A DNA stretch of 62,946 nucleotides from Caldisericia bacterium (GCA_023146045.1 JAGLCW010000201.1:1-62946); one strand, 5' to 3'. Counted from the stretch's first letter, positions 53,359 through 62,249 are shown. Numbers and translations: made by a program. The notes: generated from the letters alone by a model not told the origin.

Positions 53359-56300
53359 GATACTCCATTTTAACAGCATTTTCTTCTTTCAGGTAATTTA
53401 TTGTGAAACCAAATTCTTCTGCAAAAAAACGAAGTGGAACAAAAGTTCTTCCGTTTTGTATTACAGGTGGAACTGGTAATAATTTTTTTTCATCGTTTAC
53501 GGTTATTGTTCTATTGCCAATTTGTGCCTGTATAACGACACCCTCAGGATCTTTAATTGTTAGTATTTGGAACACAGACTCAAATTCAACTTCGCAACCA
53601 AGAAATTTTGTAAAAATCGTTAAAGGGATCATTGTATTTGAATCATATAGGAATATTGGTGATCCAAGGTCAATGTTCCCCATCGATGAATCTGCTACTT
53701 TATTGCCAATTTTAAACTTTACCCAAAAATCTTGATAGTATGTGACTGGTACCATATATTTTTTTGTGTTACCAGCAATATCCATTGCAATAAACTCAAG
53801 TGCGTTCACTCCACTTTGACAAAAATACTGAGTCATAAAGTTTCCATCGATTACGGGAAGCCTTTTACCGTTCAACGTAACATCAGCTTTTGGTTCAGTT
53901 CTTCCAGAAATAACAACTGCTTTTCTTATTGTTTTTGTCCATGGTTTAGGTTCAAGAATTGTAAGCTCTGGAGGAGTTTGATCCAAAATAATTTCTATTT
54001 GCTTCTCTATTCTGTTTCCAGCTTGATCGAATACAATCACTGAATATTCATTTTCACCCTCTTCAAGGTTTAAAACTATTGCCAATTTTCCATCTATTAA
54101 AGATGTTATTTCGATGTCCCCTATAAATGCATTTTTAAAATTGGATTCTACAATTGTTAAGAATAACTCGTAATTCTTCTTGTTTGTGTATATCTTATCT
54201 TCTTGCATTTGAATGAATGGTACAAGAGTATCAACTTTAACAATTTTTGACTTAATTCGTTCTTTTGCTTCACCTTGCTGGCTATAGTATCTGATCTCAT
54301 ATTCTCCAGACGAAAGAGTGAATGCTTGGTTGAAATTAATCCAATCTTCACCGTTTATTGAAAACCAGCTTTTGACAGTTTCAGGCTCATCGCTATAAAC
54401 AACAAAGGAAATTGTTGGTTCTGAAACATACCAATCATTATCACCGTTTGGAAATGAAGGATTAATCTCTATCTCAGTTTCTGGTAGAGGAATAATTGTA
54501 AATTTGTTAGAAGAAATAGTTTGAGATTCATTTTGCGTTGAAACACCAATTGAATATTCTCCAGATTGAGATGGATTTGTGAAACCAGCTTCAGGTAATA
54601 TCTGCACAAAAACTCTCTTATTTGCAGAAATATCGTCATCTAATGTTATCTCGATCCTTCCTCTTTCTGGACTAATCATAACAGGGAAAAGATCTAAATT
54701 GGTTCCATTTAATACAATTCCTTTTTGATAATCTTCTGGAAATCCAAATCTTGTATCAAGAAAAATGTATATTTTATTTCCTGCATCCAATGCTCCAGCA
54801 GGACCTGTTAAAAATGTTAGATGAAAAGCTGCTCTATCTTTTACAGTTGTAGCCGTAGCATCAACAATAACGTCAGAAACTGTAGATTCAAGAATTGGTA
54901 TTTTTCTTGAAGTAATATAAGAGACCTCTCTGCTAGTGGCAACACGAAAAACATATTCACCAGGAGTAGACGGATTTCTTATACCCGAATCTTCTAAAAA
55001 AGTAACTTCCACAATTGATTCAGCAGGAATTTCAACTGGAACATTTAGAACTACTTTATTCTCTACTTTTTTAACAAATGGTTGTGTTGTCATAGGTACT
55101 CCGTTTACTAGCACCCTTTCTTTAACAAAAGCGTTTGGAATATACATACCTCTTGGCATAATAATATATATCTGCCCGTTTTCCCTTGTTAATTTACCGC
55201 CACCGCCAGTTTTAAACGAAAATTCCATTGATGAAGCAACTGTAACATATGGAGAGCCAATACTAATAGTAAGGTCTCCTATCATGCTTGGTCCAATTTC
55301 AAACTCATTGGATTCAACGTTTGTTCCCTCTTTACCGGTGTGCACTTTTATTGTGTACCTGCCAACAGATTGAGGGTTTTGCAAACCAAATTCCTCTGAA
55401 ATAATTATTTCTACTGGACTTTCAGAATCAAATCCCACTGGAGTAAATATTTTCAATGTACCCGATCCTTCTGTTCTTGCAGACTTTGTTGTTCGAATTC
55501 CATTAATTCTAATATCCCCAGGTAGAGATGTTTCTGGCAGTGTAACTGATGTTGGAAAATAAACTGTTATTATTCCATTCTCTCTCATAGTACCCACTAA
55601 ACCAGTTGTAAAAGTTATTGTCCACTCTGAAGTAGTATTTATGTATGGTTTGTCGATTTGAACATTAAGATTTTTTATTAAGCTATTTTTAATTCTATAG
55701 TAACTTGAGTTTACTCTAATGTTGTCTGCATTTGTCCACACAATACAACGGTATTGATCTGGGCTAGATGGATTTTTAATTCCTGCTTCTATTAAAAATT
55801 TAACTTCAACATCTGATTCTTCCAGCACCACCATACCAGGATATATTTTAACTACCCTACCATTAACAACTGGATCTGCGTCCGAACAATACTGACCATT
55901 AACAAGAATATTCTCTGCAGAAATTGACGTTGGAATTTTTGTACCATATGGGAATTCTACCATTATGTAACCACCATAGCAGCTACCAAGTCTTCCGGTG
56001 CTAGAGGTTGTGAATTTGATCTTATACTCAGCATTTTCACCAACTATGTCTGGTGATACTTCAACAGTAGGATTAGAGATAATTGATCCGACTATTGCAT
56101 AGCTGTTTGATAAAGCCCAGTAAGGTTGTTTGCTTGTTGCCACACCCATCCTATAACAAGCTCCCCCTCTTGGGTTTTGAACCTTACACATTCTTACATA
56201 GATTTGCGTTGTGTCCCTAAAAGAATTTGGAATAGTTATTACTACAATTTGGTTATCATTTTTATCTTGTTCAACATAGTAAGAAGCAGGAATACCGTTT

Positions 56301-56833
56301 ACTGTAATAGCATTGCAACTTGAATAACGCGAAAACTCTGTTCCGTAAGGAAAAGCTAAATATATTTTATCTCCCGGAACTAATTGGCCACAATTATCTG
56401 TATTGAACATTATGTAGTATGTTGCCAATTCTCCTGCCTGGTTTGGGTCAACTCTAATCTGTACATTTCTAACTTGAGTATTACCAACTTCAAAAACAAC
56501 AGATTGAGAAACACCATTTGAAGAAGCAGATAAAGTTATTTTACCTGGAGTAGTAGCTATAAACGTGTACTGCCTTTTATCTACTGAAGGACCACCGCGA
56601 CCTGGACCAACTTGCATCCATTTAAAAACTGCTGAAGGAATTGGTGCTCCGTTTTCATCATAAGCTGTTGCAGTAAAGGTTACTGTGTCACCTATTTTAA
56701 GGCATGTTACATTAGGAGTTATTGTAATGCGCGTTAAGGCAGCTTTAGCAGTCATTGGAAAACAGTACGAGAAGAATAAAACACTAATCATGAAAATTAC
56801 AGTATTTAGTCTAGAAATTTTTAATCTATTCAT
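53348..56833 (-). CDS. Secreted tandem-module surface protein C (1161 aa)
   Basis: Signal peptide MNRLKISRLNTVIFMISVLFFSYCFPMTAKA. Order: one Big_2-like domain, 5 modules, then the common C-terminal cassette. ATG follows AGGAGGAG, 12 nt after the gene D stop. Confidence 0.88.
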   Translation of the reverse strand: MNRLKISRLNTVIFMISVLFFSYCFPMTAKAALTRITITPNVTCLKIGDTVTFTATAYDENGAPIPSAVFKWMQVGPGRGGPSVDKRQYTFIATTPGKITLSASSNGVSQSVVFEVGNTQVRNVQIRVDPNQAGELATYYIMFNTDNCGQLVPGDKIYLAFPYGTEFSRYSSCNAITVNGIPASYYVEQDKNDNQIVVITIPNSFRDTTQIYVRMCKVQNPRGGACYRMGVATSKQPYWALSNSYAIVGSIISNPTVEVSPDIVGENAEYKIKFTTSSTGRLGSCYGGYIMVEFPYGTKIPTSISAENILVNGQYCSDADPVVNGRVVKIYPGMVVLEESDVEVKFLIEAGIKNPSSPDQYRCIVWTNADNIRVNSSYYRIKNSLIKNLNVQIDKPYINTTSEWTITFTTGLVGTMRENGIITVYFPTSVTLPETSLPGDIRINGIRTTKSARTEGSGTLKIFTPVGFDSESPVEIIISEEFGLQNPQSVGRYTIKVHTGKEGTNVESNEFEIGPSMIGDLTISIGSPYVTVASSMEFSFKTGGGGKLTRENGQIYIIMPRGMYIPNAFVKERVLVNGVPMTTQPFVKKVENKVVLNVPVEIPAESIVEVTFLEDSGIRNPSTPGEYVFRVATSREVSYITSRKIPILESTVSDVIVDATATTVKDRAAFHLTFLTGPAGALDAGNKIYIFLDTRFGFPEDYQKGIVLNGTNLDLFPVMISPERGRIEITLDDDISANKRVFVQILPEAGFTNPSQSGEYSIGVSTQNESQTISSNKFTIIPLPETEIEINPSFPNGDNDWYVSEPTISFVVYSDEPETVKSWFSINGEDWINFNQAFTLSSGEYEIRYYSQQGEAKERIKSKIVKVDTLVPFIQMQEDKIYTNKKNYELFLTIVESNFKNAFIGDIEITSLIDGKLAIVLNLEEGENEYSVIVFDQAGNRIEKQIEIILDQTPPELTILEPKPWTKTIRKAVVISGRTEPKADVTLNGKRLPVIDGNFMTQYFCQSGVNALEFIAMDIAGNTKKYMVPVTYYQDFWVKFKIGNKVADSSMGNIDLGSPIFLYDSNTMIPLTIFTKFLGCEVEFESVFQILTIKDPEGVVIQAQIGNRTITVNDEKKLLPVPPVIQNGRTFVPLRFFAEEFGFTINYLKEENAVKMEYHET
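53351..54481 (-). other. Common C-terminal cassette of protein C
   Basis: Last ~377 aa: FPNGDNDWYVSEPTISF... ; LNLEEGENEYSVIVFDQAGN ; LNGKRLPVIDGNF...GVNALEFIAMDIAGN ; NGRTFVPLRFFAEEFGFTINY. Confidence 0.7.
56485..56740 (-). other. Big_2-like Ig domain at the N-terminus of protein C
   Basis: ITITPNVTCLKIGDTVTFTATAYDENGAPIPSAVFKWMQVG...PGKITLSASSNGVSQSVVFEV. Boundaries are approximate. Confidence 0.6.
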
Positions 56834-56845
56834 TTTATTCTCCTC

Positions 56846-58486
56846 CTATTTACAGAAAGCAATGTAAACTGTATCGCTTTCTTTTTTGTATGTTATTTCA
56901 GCTCCAAGAATTTTTTTAGTGAATTCTATTGGAATCATTATGTTACCGTCTATAACAGTTGGAGGATAATAAATATCATGTTCGGTTACTGTGTCACCTT
57001 CTACAATTTTAACTACTGAATCGTTCGGTCTAACATATATGCTGATATTTTCTTTCTTTAAAATTGCTGCATTTTGCTTTGCATCCCAAAGCAATTCATA
57101 TGAAAGTGATTCTGCTACAAATCTTATTGGTAAATATATTTCTCCATTTTTAGAATCTCTAAATGGAAATGGATTAACTTCTACAAGTTCATGATTCACA
57201 TATACTTTTTGTTTTTTCAAGTTAACTTCTAAAACTATTCCAGAATAATACATGTATGAATTCACAATTTTTGAAACATTTCCAGCTCTATCTGTACATG
57301 AAACAAGTATTGTATTTTCTCCCTCTTCTGGATTAATTACTGTGTTAAAATTCCCATAGTTATCCATTTCTACTACAATTCCGTTAACTTCCAAAATACA
57401 TGCTGGCTCTGCTTTTCCAATAACACTAACTGAATATCCACACACAAGTTGATCTTTAGTTGGTGAAAAAAGTTTAAGAACTGGAGCTGTAACGTCAACA
57501 AAATATGTAAGCGTATCTGTTAAACTGTATCCTGCTTCATTTAAAACAGTGTATTCAATTAAATTTTTCCCTGGTTTTAGGGATACCGTAATTTCTGATT
57601 CTCCATCTTTAACAGAAAAAATCTTTTCAAGAATTTTTATCGAAGTTGGTGAAATAGATTCAATTTCAAACTTAATTTTAACCTCAAGAGTATTTATCCA
57701 CACTTTGTTTTTGGGGATTATATTCGTGCAAGTTGGAGGATATGGGTCAATTTTCCATTTTTTAACTTCAACTTTTTCTTTTAATCCTGTGGTTCGTCTT
57801 CCAAAATACGATAAAATGTGTACACCTTCTTGTATTTGGACTTTTTCCCCAGAAAAAAGTATGTATTCATTACCATCTATGGAATAGTAAATATTTTCGG
57901 CTTTTCTAGAATTAAATGAAATTTGAGGTTTTTCTGAAAACCAACCAAATTCATTAACACTATTGTTCTCATCAATAATTACATCAACTGTATTTTTTGG
58001 AATTATCAACTGTATTGTCTCTGATTCATAGAACTTTTCTTGTTTTTCTATAAAAATTGTAAAGCTGAACTGTTCTTCAGAAATTGGATTTTTTAATTCC
58101 GCATTCTCTTCTAGTGAAAATGACAAATTGCTGACAAATGTTATTGGAAGCTGTATCCTAACATTATTATTTTCAGTTTTTTCAACGGATAATGCACTAT
58201 AAGTATCAAATGTGAAGTGTTCTTCTTTAAAATCTGGTAGTTCATATACTTCTGGAAAAACAAGTGTGATCCAATCAGCTTCCTGAAACAAATCTCCGTT
58301 GGTATGTAATTGGAAGTTTATTGAAACATCTTCTCCCTGTTCAAGGTTTGAAATTTCAGCAAAAAAACTACTTTCGTATTTTGGTTGAATAACTCCAAAG
58401 GTGTTAGCTTTTGCTCTCGATGGAAAATATCCAAAAGAAGAAAGAAAAAAACAGACAGCAAGTGAAGACACTAATAATGATTTCAT
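56846..58486 (-). CDS. Secreted surface protein D (546 aa): one module plus the common C-terminal cassette
   Basis: Preferred start is ATG at 58486, 6 nt after AGGAGA; the ORF track starts at 58525. Signal peptide MKSLLVSSLAVCFFLSSFGYFPSRAKA. One module ends NAELKNPISEEQFSFTIFIEKQE, followed by the cassette. Confidence 0.85.
   Translation of the reverse strand: MKSLLVSSLAVCFFLSSFGYFPSRAKANTFGVIQPKYESSFFAEISNLEQGEDVSINFQLHTNGDLFQEADWITLVFPEVYELPDFKEEHFTFDTYSALSVEKTENNNVRIQLPITFVSNLSFSLEENAELKNPISEEQFSFTIFIEKQEKFYESETIQLIIPKNTVDVIIDENNSVNEFGWFSEKPQISFNSRKAENIYYSIDGNEYILFSGEKVQIQEGVHILSYFGRRTTGLKEKVEVKKWKIDPYPPTCTNIIPKNKVWINTLEVKIKFEIESISPTSIKILEKIFSVKDGESEITVSLKPGKNLIEYTVLNEAGYSLTDTLTYFVDVTAPVLKLFSPTKDQLVCGYSVSVIGKAEPACILEVNGIVVEMDNYGNFNTVINPEEGENTILVSCTDRAGNVSKIVNSYMYYSGIVLEVNLKKQKVYVNHELVEVNPFPFRDSKNGEIYLPIRFVAESLSYELLWDAKQNAAILKKENISIYVRPNDSVVKIVEGDTVTEHDIYYPPTVIDGNIMIPIEFTKKILGAEITYKKESDTVYIAFCK
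56849..57988 (-). other. Common C-terminal cassette of protein D
   Basis: Last ~380 aa: NEFGWFSEKPQISF... ; VSLKPGKNLIEYTVLNEAGY ; VNGIVVEMDNYGNFNTVINPEEGENTILVSCTDRAGN ; NGEIYLPIRFVAESLSYELLW ... GNIMIPIEFTKKILGAEITY. Confidence 0.7.
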
Positions 58487-60720
58487 ATCCATTCTCCTGT
58501 TCCGGGTATAGCGTCCTTTTCCCATGCAATATCAGTGGCAATGTAGGAGCCTTCCTGTGTATAAACATTGCAGTAAACTACTTCACCAATTTCAAGTTTT
58601 CCATCACCATAGTACTTTGTTGAATCATTGAAATGGATTACAACTCCATTATCTAGAATAAACCATTGGTTAATCGTATCAATTTCTACAATTTCACCCT
58701 GCATTATTACAGATTCTTTTTCAACAGTAACAATGTATCCATGAAGAATACTTTGTTCTGATTTTCCAGAAATTTGAACAATGCGCCCAATTTTTAATTC
58801 ACCTTGAATTTCTGTTAAATCGTCAATTTTCAAAATGTATCCGTTATCTAATTGATATAGGGAATTAGCTTCTAATTCTTTTGTAATCATTCCCTTAACA
58901 CTTATTAATGTGCCCAAGCAAAAAGTTCTCCACTCAAGAGCGATATTTATTGTTCCATAAGAAACTACTTTTCCTTGAAAAACAAATGTTTCAGAAACAT
59001 CTATAAGTGTGTCATAAAGATAAATTCTGTTGTTATCAAAGAGGGAATTTAATATAACAATGCCGTTAGGTAATACTTCTAAAACACTAACTGTATATTG
59101 TGCTACATTCGCTTTGTCAGAGTAATGATCTGTTACATTTGTCATTCCGTTTGATTCTGAATATCTAAGAGATTCGCCTATAGATAAAGAACTAGAAACA
59201 GATTCTCGATAAATGGTTTTGCCACTGAGTAAGAAATACTCATTTTCGTTAACACCAACTACAATATCGCTTTGATATTGAATTGGAGTCTGTGGCGTTC
59301 TAACTTTTTCTGATTGTTTATCTGGTGTTGAAACAACAGGATTAGAATTTTTTGTACTATTTTCAGTTTGACTCGCTTGAGAAGGTGCAGAAGCAAGATA
59401 TAGATCATTATTTAATTCTTCAGATGAGACAATAGACAATATGTCATTCACAATAAAGAATGATCCGAAGTCTTCTCCTTGAACGGTAACAAAGTCTCCT
59501 ATTTCGAGAATTGCTGAATCTTTACCAGTAGCAAATGTCATTGAAACTGATTCTAAAACAAATCCATTTTTCCCAGAATATTTAACGCTTCCAGATATTG
59601 ATCTGTTAACAGACTTTTGAATTTTACATAGTGACAATGCTATATAGTTGTTATCAATATTTTTAACTCTACATAAAAAATCTTCATCAATTTTCTCAAT
59701 ATCACATGATTCTAAATTTTCTAGTATTCTATTACTTACGTAAATCGATTTGTCGAAATCCTCAATAATTAACTGGTTATTCTCAAAAGAAATTACTTTT
59801 CCGATTACATATTCGCTTCCTGGTAAATCCTCTATTGATGTTATTGTCCAATTTTCATTTTGGTTTTTCAAAACAAATTTGCATAACGAAAAAGGACTTA
59901 ATCTTTGTATTGTCACAAAATCACAAATCAAAGGTTTACTAAAAGAGTCAATTACTACAGTATTGGTTTCGTAATCAAATGAAACTACCATACCATCAAT
60001 CGACAAGTGGGTATCACCTGGCAACAACGTAAATGTTTCAATATATTTAAGAAATTGCTTCCACGTTTTGTATGCAGGTACACCAGCTTTTTTCATAGCT
60101 TTCATATATTGGTCTTGGGAAACATTTTTGTATATATCTGAATAACTCATGTTTGATTTTTCTGAAAGGAATTTTGTAAACAATAACTTATTTCTGCTTG
60201 ATTCACTATTGCTAAATAAAAACTCCTGTCCTTCATTTGTATCGGCATAAAACCCTGCAAACTGTAATTTTTCTTCTTCTTTTGATCCAAAAGTTTCAGT
60301 TGAAACAATTACATCCTTATTCTTAATGCTTTCCTTCATTTTTTCGTTCATTATTATTGAATACATAGGCTGTTGATCTATAAATGGAACATACACAAAA
60401 GCCATTATAACCAGAAGAAACGCCATTGCTCCACCTATTATGTATCTAAGAGAATGAAATGTCTTTTTCTTTGGAGCACTTCGGTTCAGTATTTCAGAAG
60501 AAACACTTTGTATAGTATTCCTAATTAGCCAATCTTTTTCTGGGGTAAACTCCAATTTTTCAGAATTTTCTTTTGTTGGGGACATGTGGCTTAATAGCTG
60601 ATCAACTCCAATTTTTAGTCTACAAGATTCGCATTCTTTTATGTGAGCTGATACCCATTCAGGTTTTGGTTCGTTTGGGTGATTCAAAATCCAATTTTCT
60701 ACTTTTTTACAATTATTCAT
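58483..60720 (-). CDS. Zinc-finger (HxxxCxxC) anti-sigma factor with single TM and ~640 aa extracytoplasmic domain
   Basis: N-terminal HIKECESC motif, TM YIIGGAMAFLLVIMAFVYVPFI. The start overlaps the sigma gene stop by 8 nt. The ectodomain carries several short beta-rich repeats of the form (L/I)xIG(D/E/R)xVxxxG. Confidence 0.8.
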   Translation of the reverse strand: MNNCKKVENWILNHPNEPKPEWVSAHIKECESCRLKIGVDQLLSHMSPTKENSEKLEFTPEKDWLIRNTIQSVSSEILNRSAPKKKTFHSLRYIIGGAMAFLLVIMAFVYVPFIDQQPMYSIIMNEKMKESIKNKDVIVSTETFGSKEEEKLQFAGFYADTNEGQEFLFSNSESSRNKLLFTKFLSEKSNMSYSDIYKNVSQDQYMKAMKKAGVPAYKTWKQFLKYIETFTLLPGDTHLSIDGMVVSFDYETNTVVIDSFSKPLICDFVTIQRLSPFSLCKFVLKNQNENWTITSIEDLPGSEYVIGKVISFENNQLIIEDFDKSIYVSNRILENLESCDIEKIDEDFLCRVKNIDNNYIALSLCKIQKSVNRSISGSVKYSGKNGFVLESVSMTFATGKDSAILEIGDFVTVQGEDFGSFFIVNDILSIVSSEELNNDLYLASAPSQASQTENSTKNSNPVVSTPDKQSEKVRTPQTPIQYQSDIVVGVNENEYFLLSGKTIYRESVSSSLSIGESLRYSESNGMTNVTDHYSDKANVAQYTVSVLEVLPNGIVILNSLFDNNRIYLYDTLIDVSETFVFQGKVVSYGTINIALEWRTFCLGTLISVKGMITKELEANSLYQLDNGYILKIDDLTEIQGELKIGRIVQISGKSEQSILHGYIVTVEKESVIMQGEIVEIDTINQWFILDNGVVIHFNDSTKYYGDGKLEIGEVVYCNVYTQEGSYIATDIAWEKDAIPGTGEWI

Positions 60721-61282
60721 GTTGCCCCCCTTTCTTATATAGGGATATTTTTTTTGCTAATTTTTTTCTTACACTAAACAATCTACTTTTTACTGTTCCT
60801 TCTGGAATGTCTATAACTATTGCTACATCACTTATAGAAAATCCTTCTATGTAAAAAAGTTCTAGTAACTTTTTATCTTGGGGTTTTAGTTCTTGCATAC
60901 ACACATTCATTATTTTAACTTCTTCAGAATCCATCATTACTTCATCGACTCTATCTTCAAATTCGTTGCTGTAATTTTTAAAACATTCTGTTCCAGTTAT
61001 GTATCTATTCTTTTTTCTAAAAAAACTATTTGCTTGGTTGTGCGCTATTCTATGCAACCATGGACGAATAGGATATTTTGTATCAAATTTTTCGATGCTT
61101 TTAAAAAATGATACAAAAGCTTCAGATGCAATATCTTGTGCGTCATCTTTATTTTTTGAAATTCCATAAGCAGCTCTTAGAATTTCTTCACCAAATTCCT
61201 GATAAATTGTAGTCATGGCTTCTGAATCTCCTCGTTTTGCTAATTCAATAAGTTTTTTTTCTTCTTTTCGAGTCAAACTCAT
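60713..61282 (-). CDS. ECF-type RNA polymerase sigma factor (sigma-70 regions 2 and 4 only)
   Basis: 189 aa. Region 2 is DAQDIASEAFVSFFKSIEKFD...RPWLHRIAHNQANSFFRKK. Region 4.2 HTH is EGFSISDVAIVIDIPEGTVKSRLFSVRKKL. ATG at 61282 lies 8 nt after GGAG. Confidence 0.9.
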   Translation of the reverse strand: MSLTRKEEKKLIELAKRGDSEAMTTIYQEFGEEILRAAYGISKNKDDAQDIASEAFVSFFKSIEKFDTKYPIRPWLHRIAHNQANSFFRKKNRYITGTECFKNYSNEFEDRVDEVMMDSEEVKIMNVCMQELKPQDKKLLELFYIEGFSISDVAIVIDIPEGTVKSRLFSVRKKLAKKISLYKKGGQHE

Positions 61283-61349
61283 GTATTGGCTCCAAAATAG
61301 AGAAATCGTAAAACATTCATTACATGCCTGCCTTTTTGTTTTCTACTAT

Positions 61350-61377
61350 GAATAATCAGAAAAACAGTAATGGTTCA
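61350..61377 (-). promoter_or_regulatory. Candidate autoregulatory promoter box TGAACC-N15-ATTATTC upstream of the ECF sigma gene
   Basis: Minus strand attTGAACCATTactgtttttctgATTATTC. The 12-mer AT(T/A)TGAACCATT matches the box upstream of gene B in 11 of 12 positions. Confidence 0.4.
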
Positions 61378-61415
61378 AATTAATTGAATAGTTAAATAAA
61401 AAACGAATTGACTGA

Positions 61416-61904
61416 TTAATCAGTTTTTTTTGTTTTCAGAATAATTGGTGCTTTTGCTGCCAATTTTGCTGCTGTCATTTCAAGAAGCTCTTTGTCTTCT
61501 TCTATAAAAGCTGATTTTATATGACTATCAATATCAATAACTCCAAGAACTTCACCATTTCTGATGATGGGAACTACTATTTCAGACTTTACCTTAATAT
61601 TGCAAGATAAATAGTTATCACAACCATGTACATCGTCTACAATTAGTGTAATCTTTTTATCTGCAGCTTCTCCGCAAACACCCTTAGCAATTTCAATACT
61701 TGTGTGTTCTGTTGGTTGCCCAAGAAATGTTTCTAACTTTAGCTCATTTCCTTCTGATAAATAAATACCTACCCAATCGTATTTTGAAAGGTTTGTTTTG
61801 ATGTCAAAAACAACATCAGAAAGTGTATATCGCCATACAATCCCAGCAGATATTGTTTCAGAAATAGTATCAAATATTCTTTTATACTTATCTTTAATTT
61901 TCAT
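61416..61904 (-). CDS. GAF domain protein (free methionine-R-sulfoxide reductase-like)
   Basis: 162 aa: YDWVGIYL...GQPTEHTSIEIAKGVCGEAA...IVDDVHGCDNYLSCNIKVKSEIVVPI..GEVLGVIDIDS. This matches the small stand-alone GAF/fRMsr family pattern. Confidence 0.8.
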   Translation of the reverse strand: MKIKDKYKRIFDTISETISAGIVWRYTLSDVVFDIKTNLSKYDWVGIYLSEGNELKLETFLGQPTEHTSIEIAKGVCGEAADKKITLIVDDVHGCDNYLSCNIKVKSEIVVPIIRNGEVLGVIDIDSHIKSAFIEEDKELLEMTAAKLAAKAPIILKTKKTD

Positions 61905-62196
61905 TGTAGTACATTTTACATGAAAACAAAAAAAAAGAAATTACTCAATGTTTGCAGGTTAAAATTATTCTATGACCCTGTCACTGTGGGAGGGTGTGAA
62001 CAAATTCTCCTTCGAACGTAAACTCTTCACAAACTACATCTCGAAACACGAGAGCAAGTAGAAATAACCTCTGAAATCCTTTCCGTGGTGACTTAAAGAA
62101 GATATAGCAGTACTTTTTCAAATTTGCTGATTTTGCCATAAAATGACCTTAAAAAAACGGTCAATTCTGATCAACAAATTGATAACCAATAAGTAC

Positions 62197-62225
62197 TTGA
62201 CATTCCGATAACTTTTAAGTATAAC
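62197..62225 (+). promoter_or_regulatory. Candidate sigma-70 promoter of the toxin-antitoxin operon
   Basis: TTGACA-N17-TATAAC, 24 nt upstream of the TTG start at 62250. The RBS GGGGGAAAG lies between them. Confidence 0.55.
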
Positions 62226-62249
62226 AATAGTGGATCGGGGGAAAGATAC

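Noticed and set aside
31642-58486. DNA-level repeats, a diversity-generating retroelement, or a CRISPR-like array underlying the repetitive proteins
   Set aside because: The repetition is only at the protein-motif level, and I saw no long identical nucleotide repeats. There is no reverse transcriptase, template repeat or cas gene in the window.
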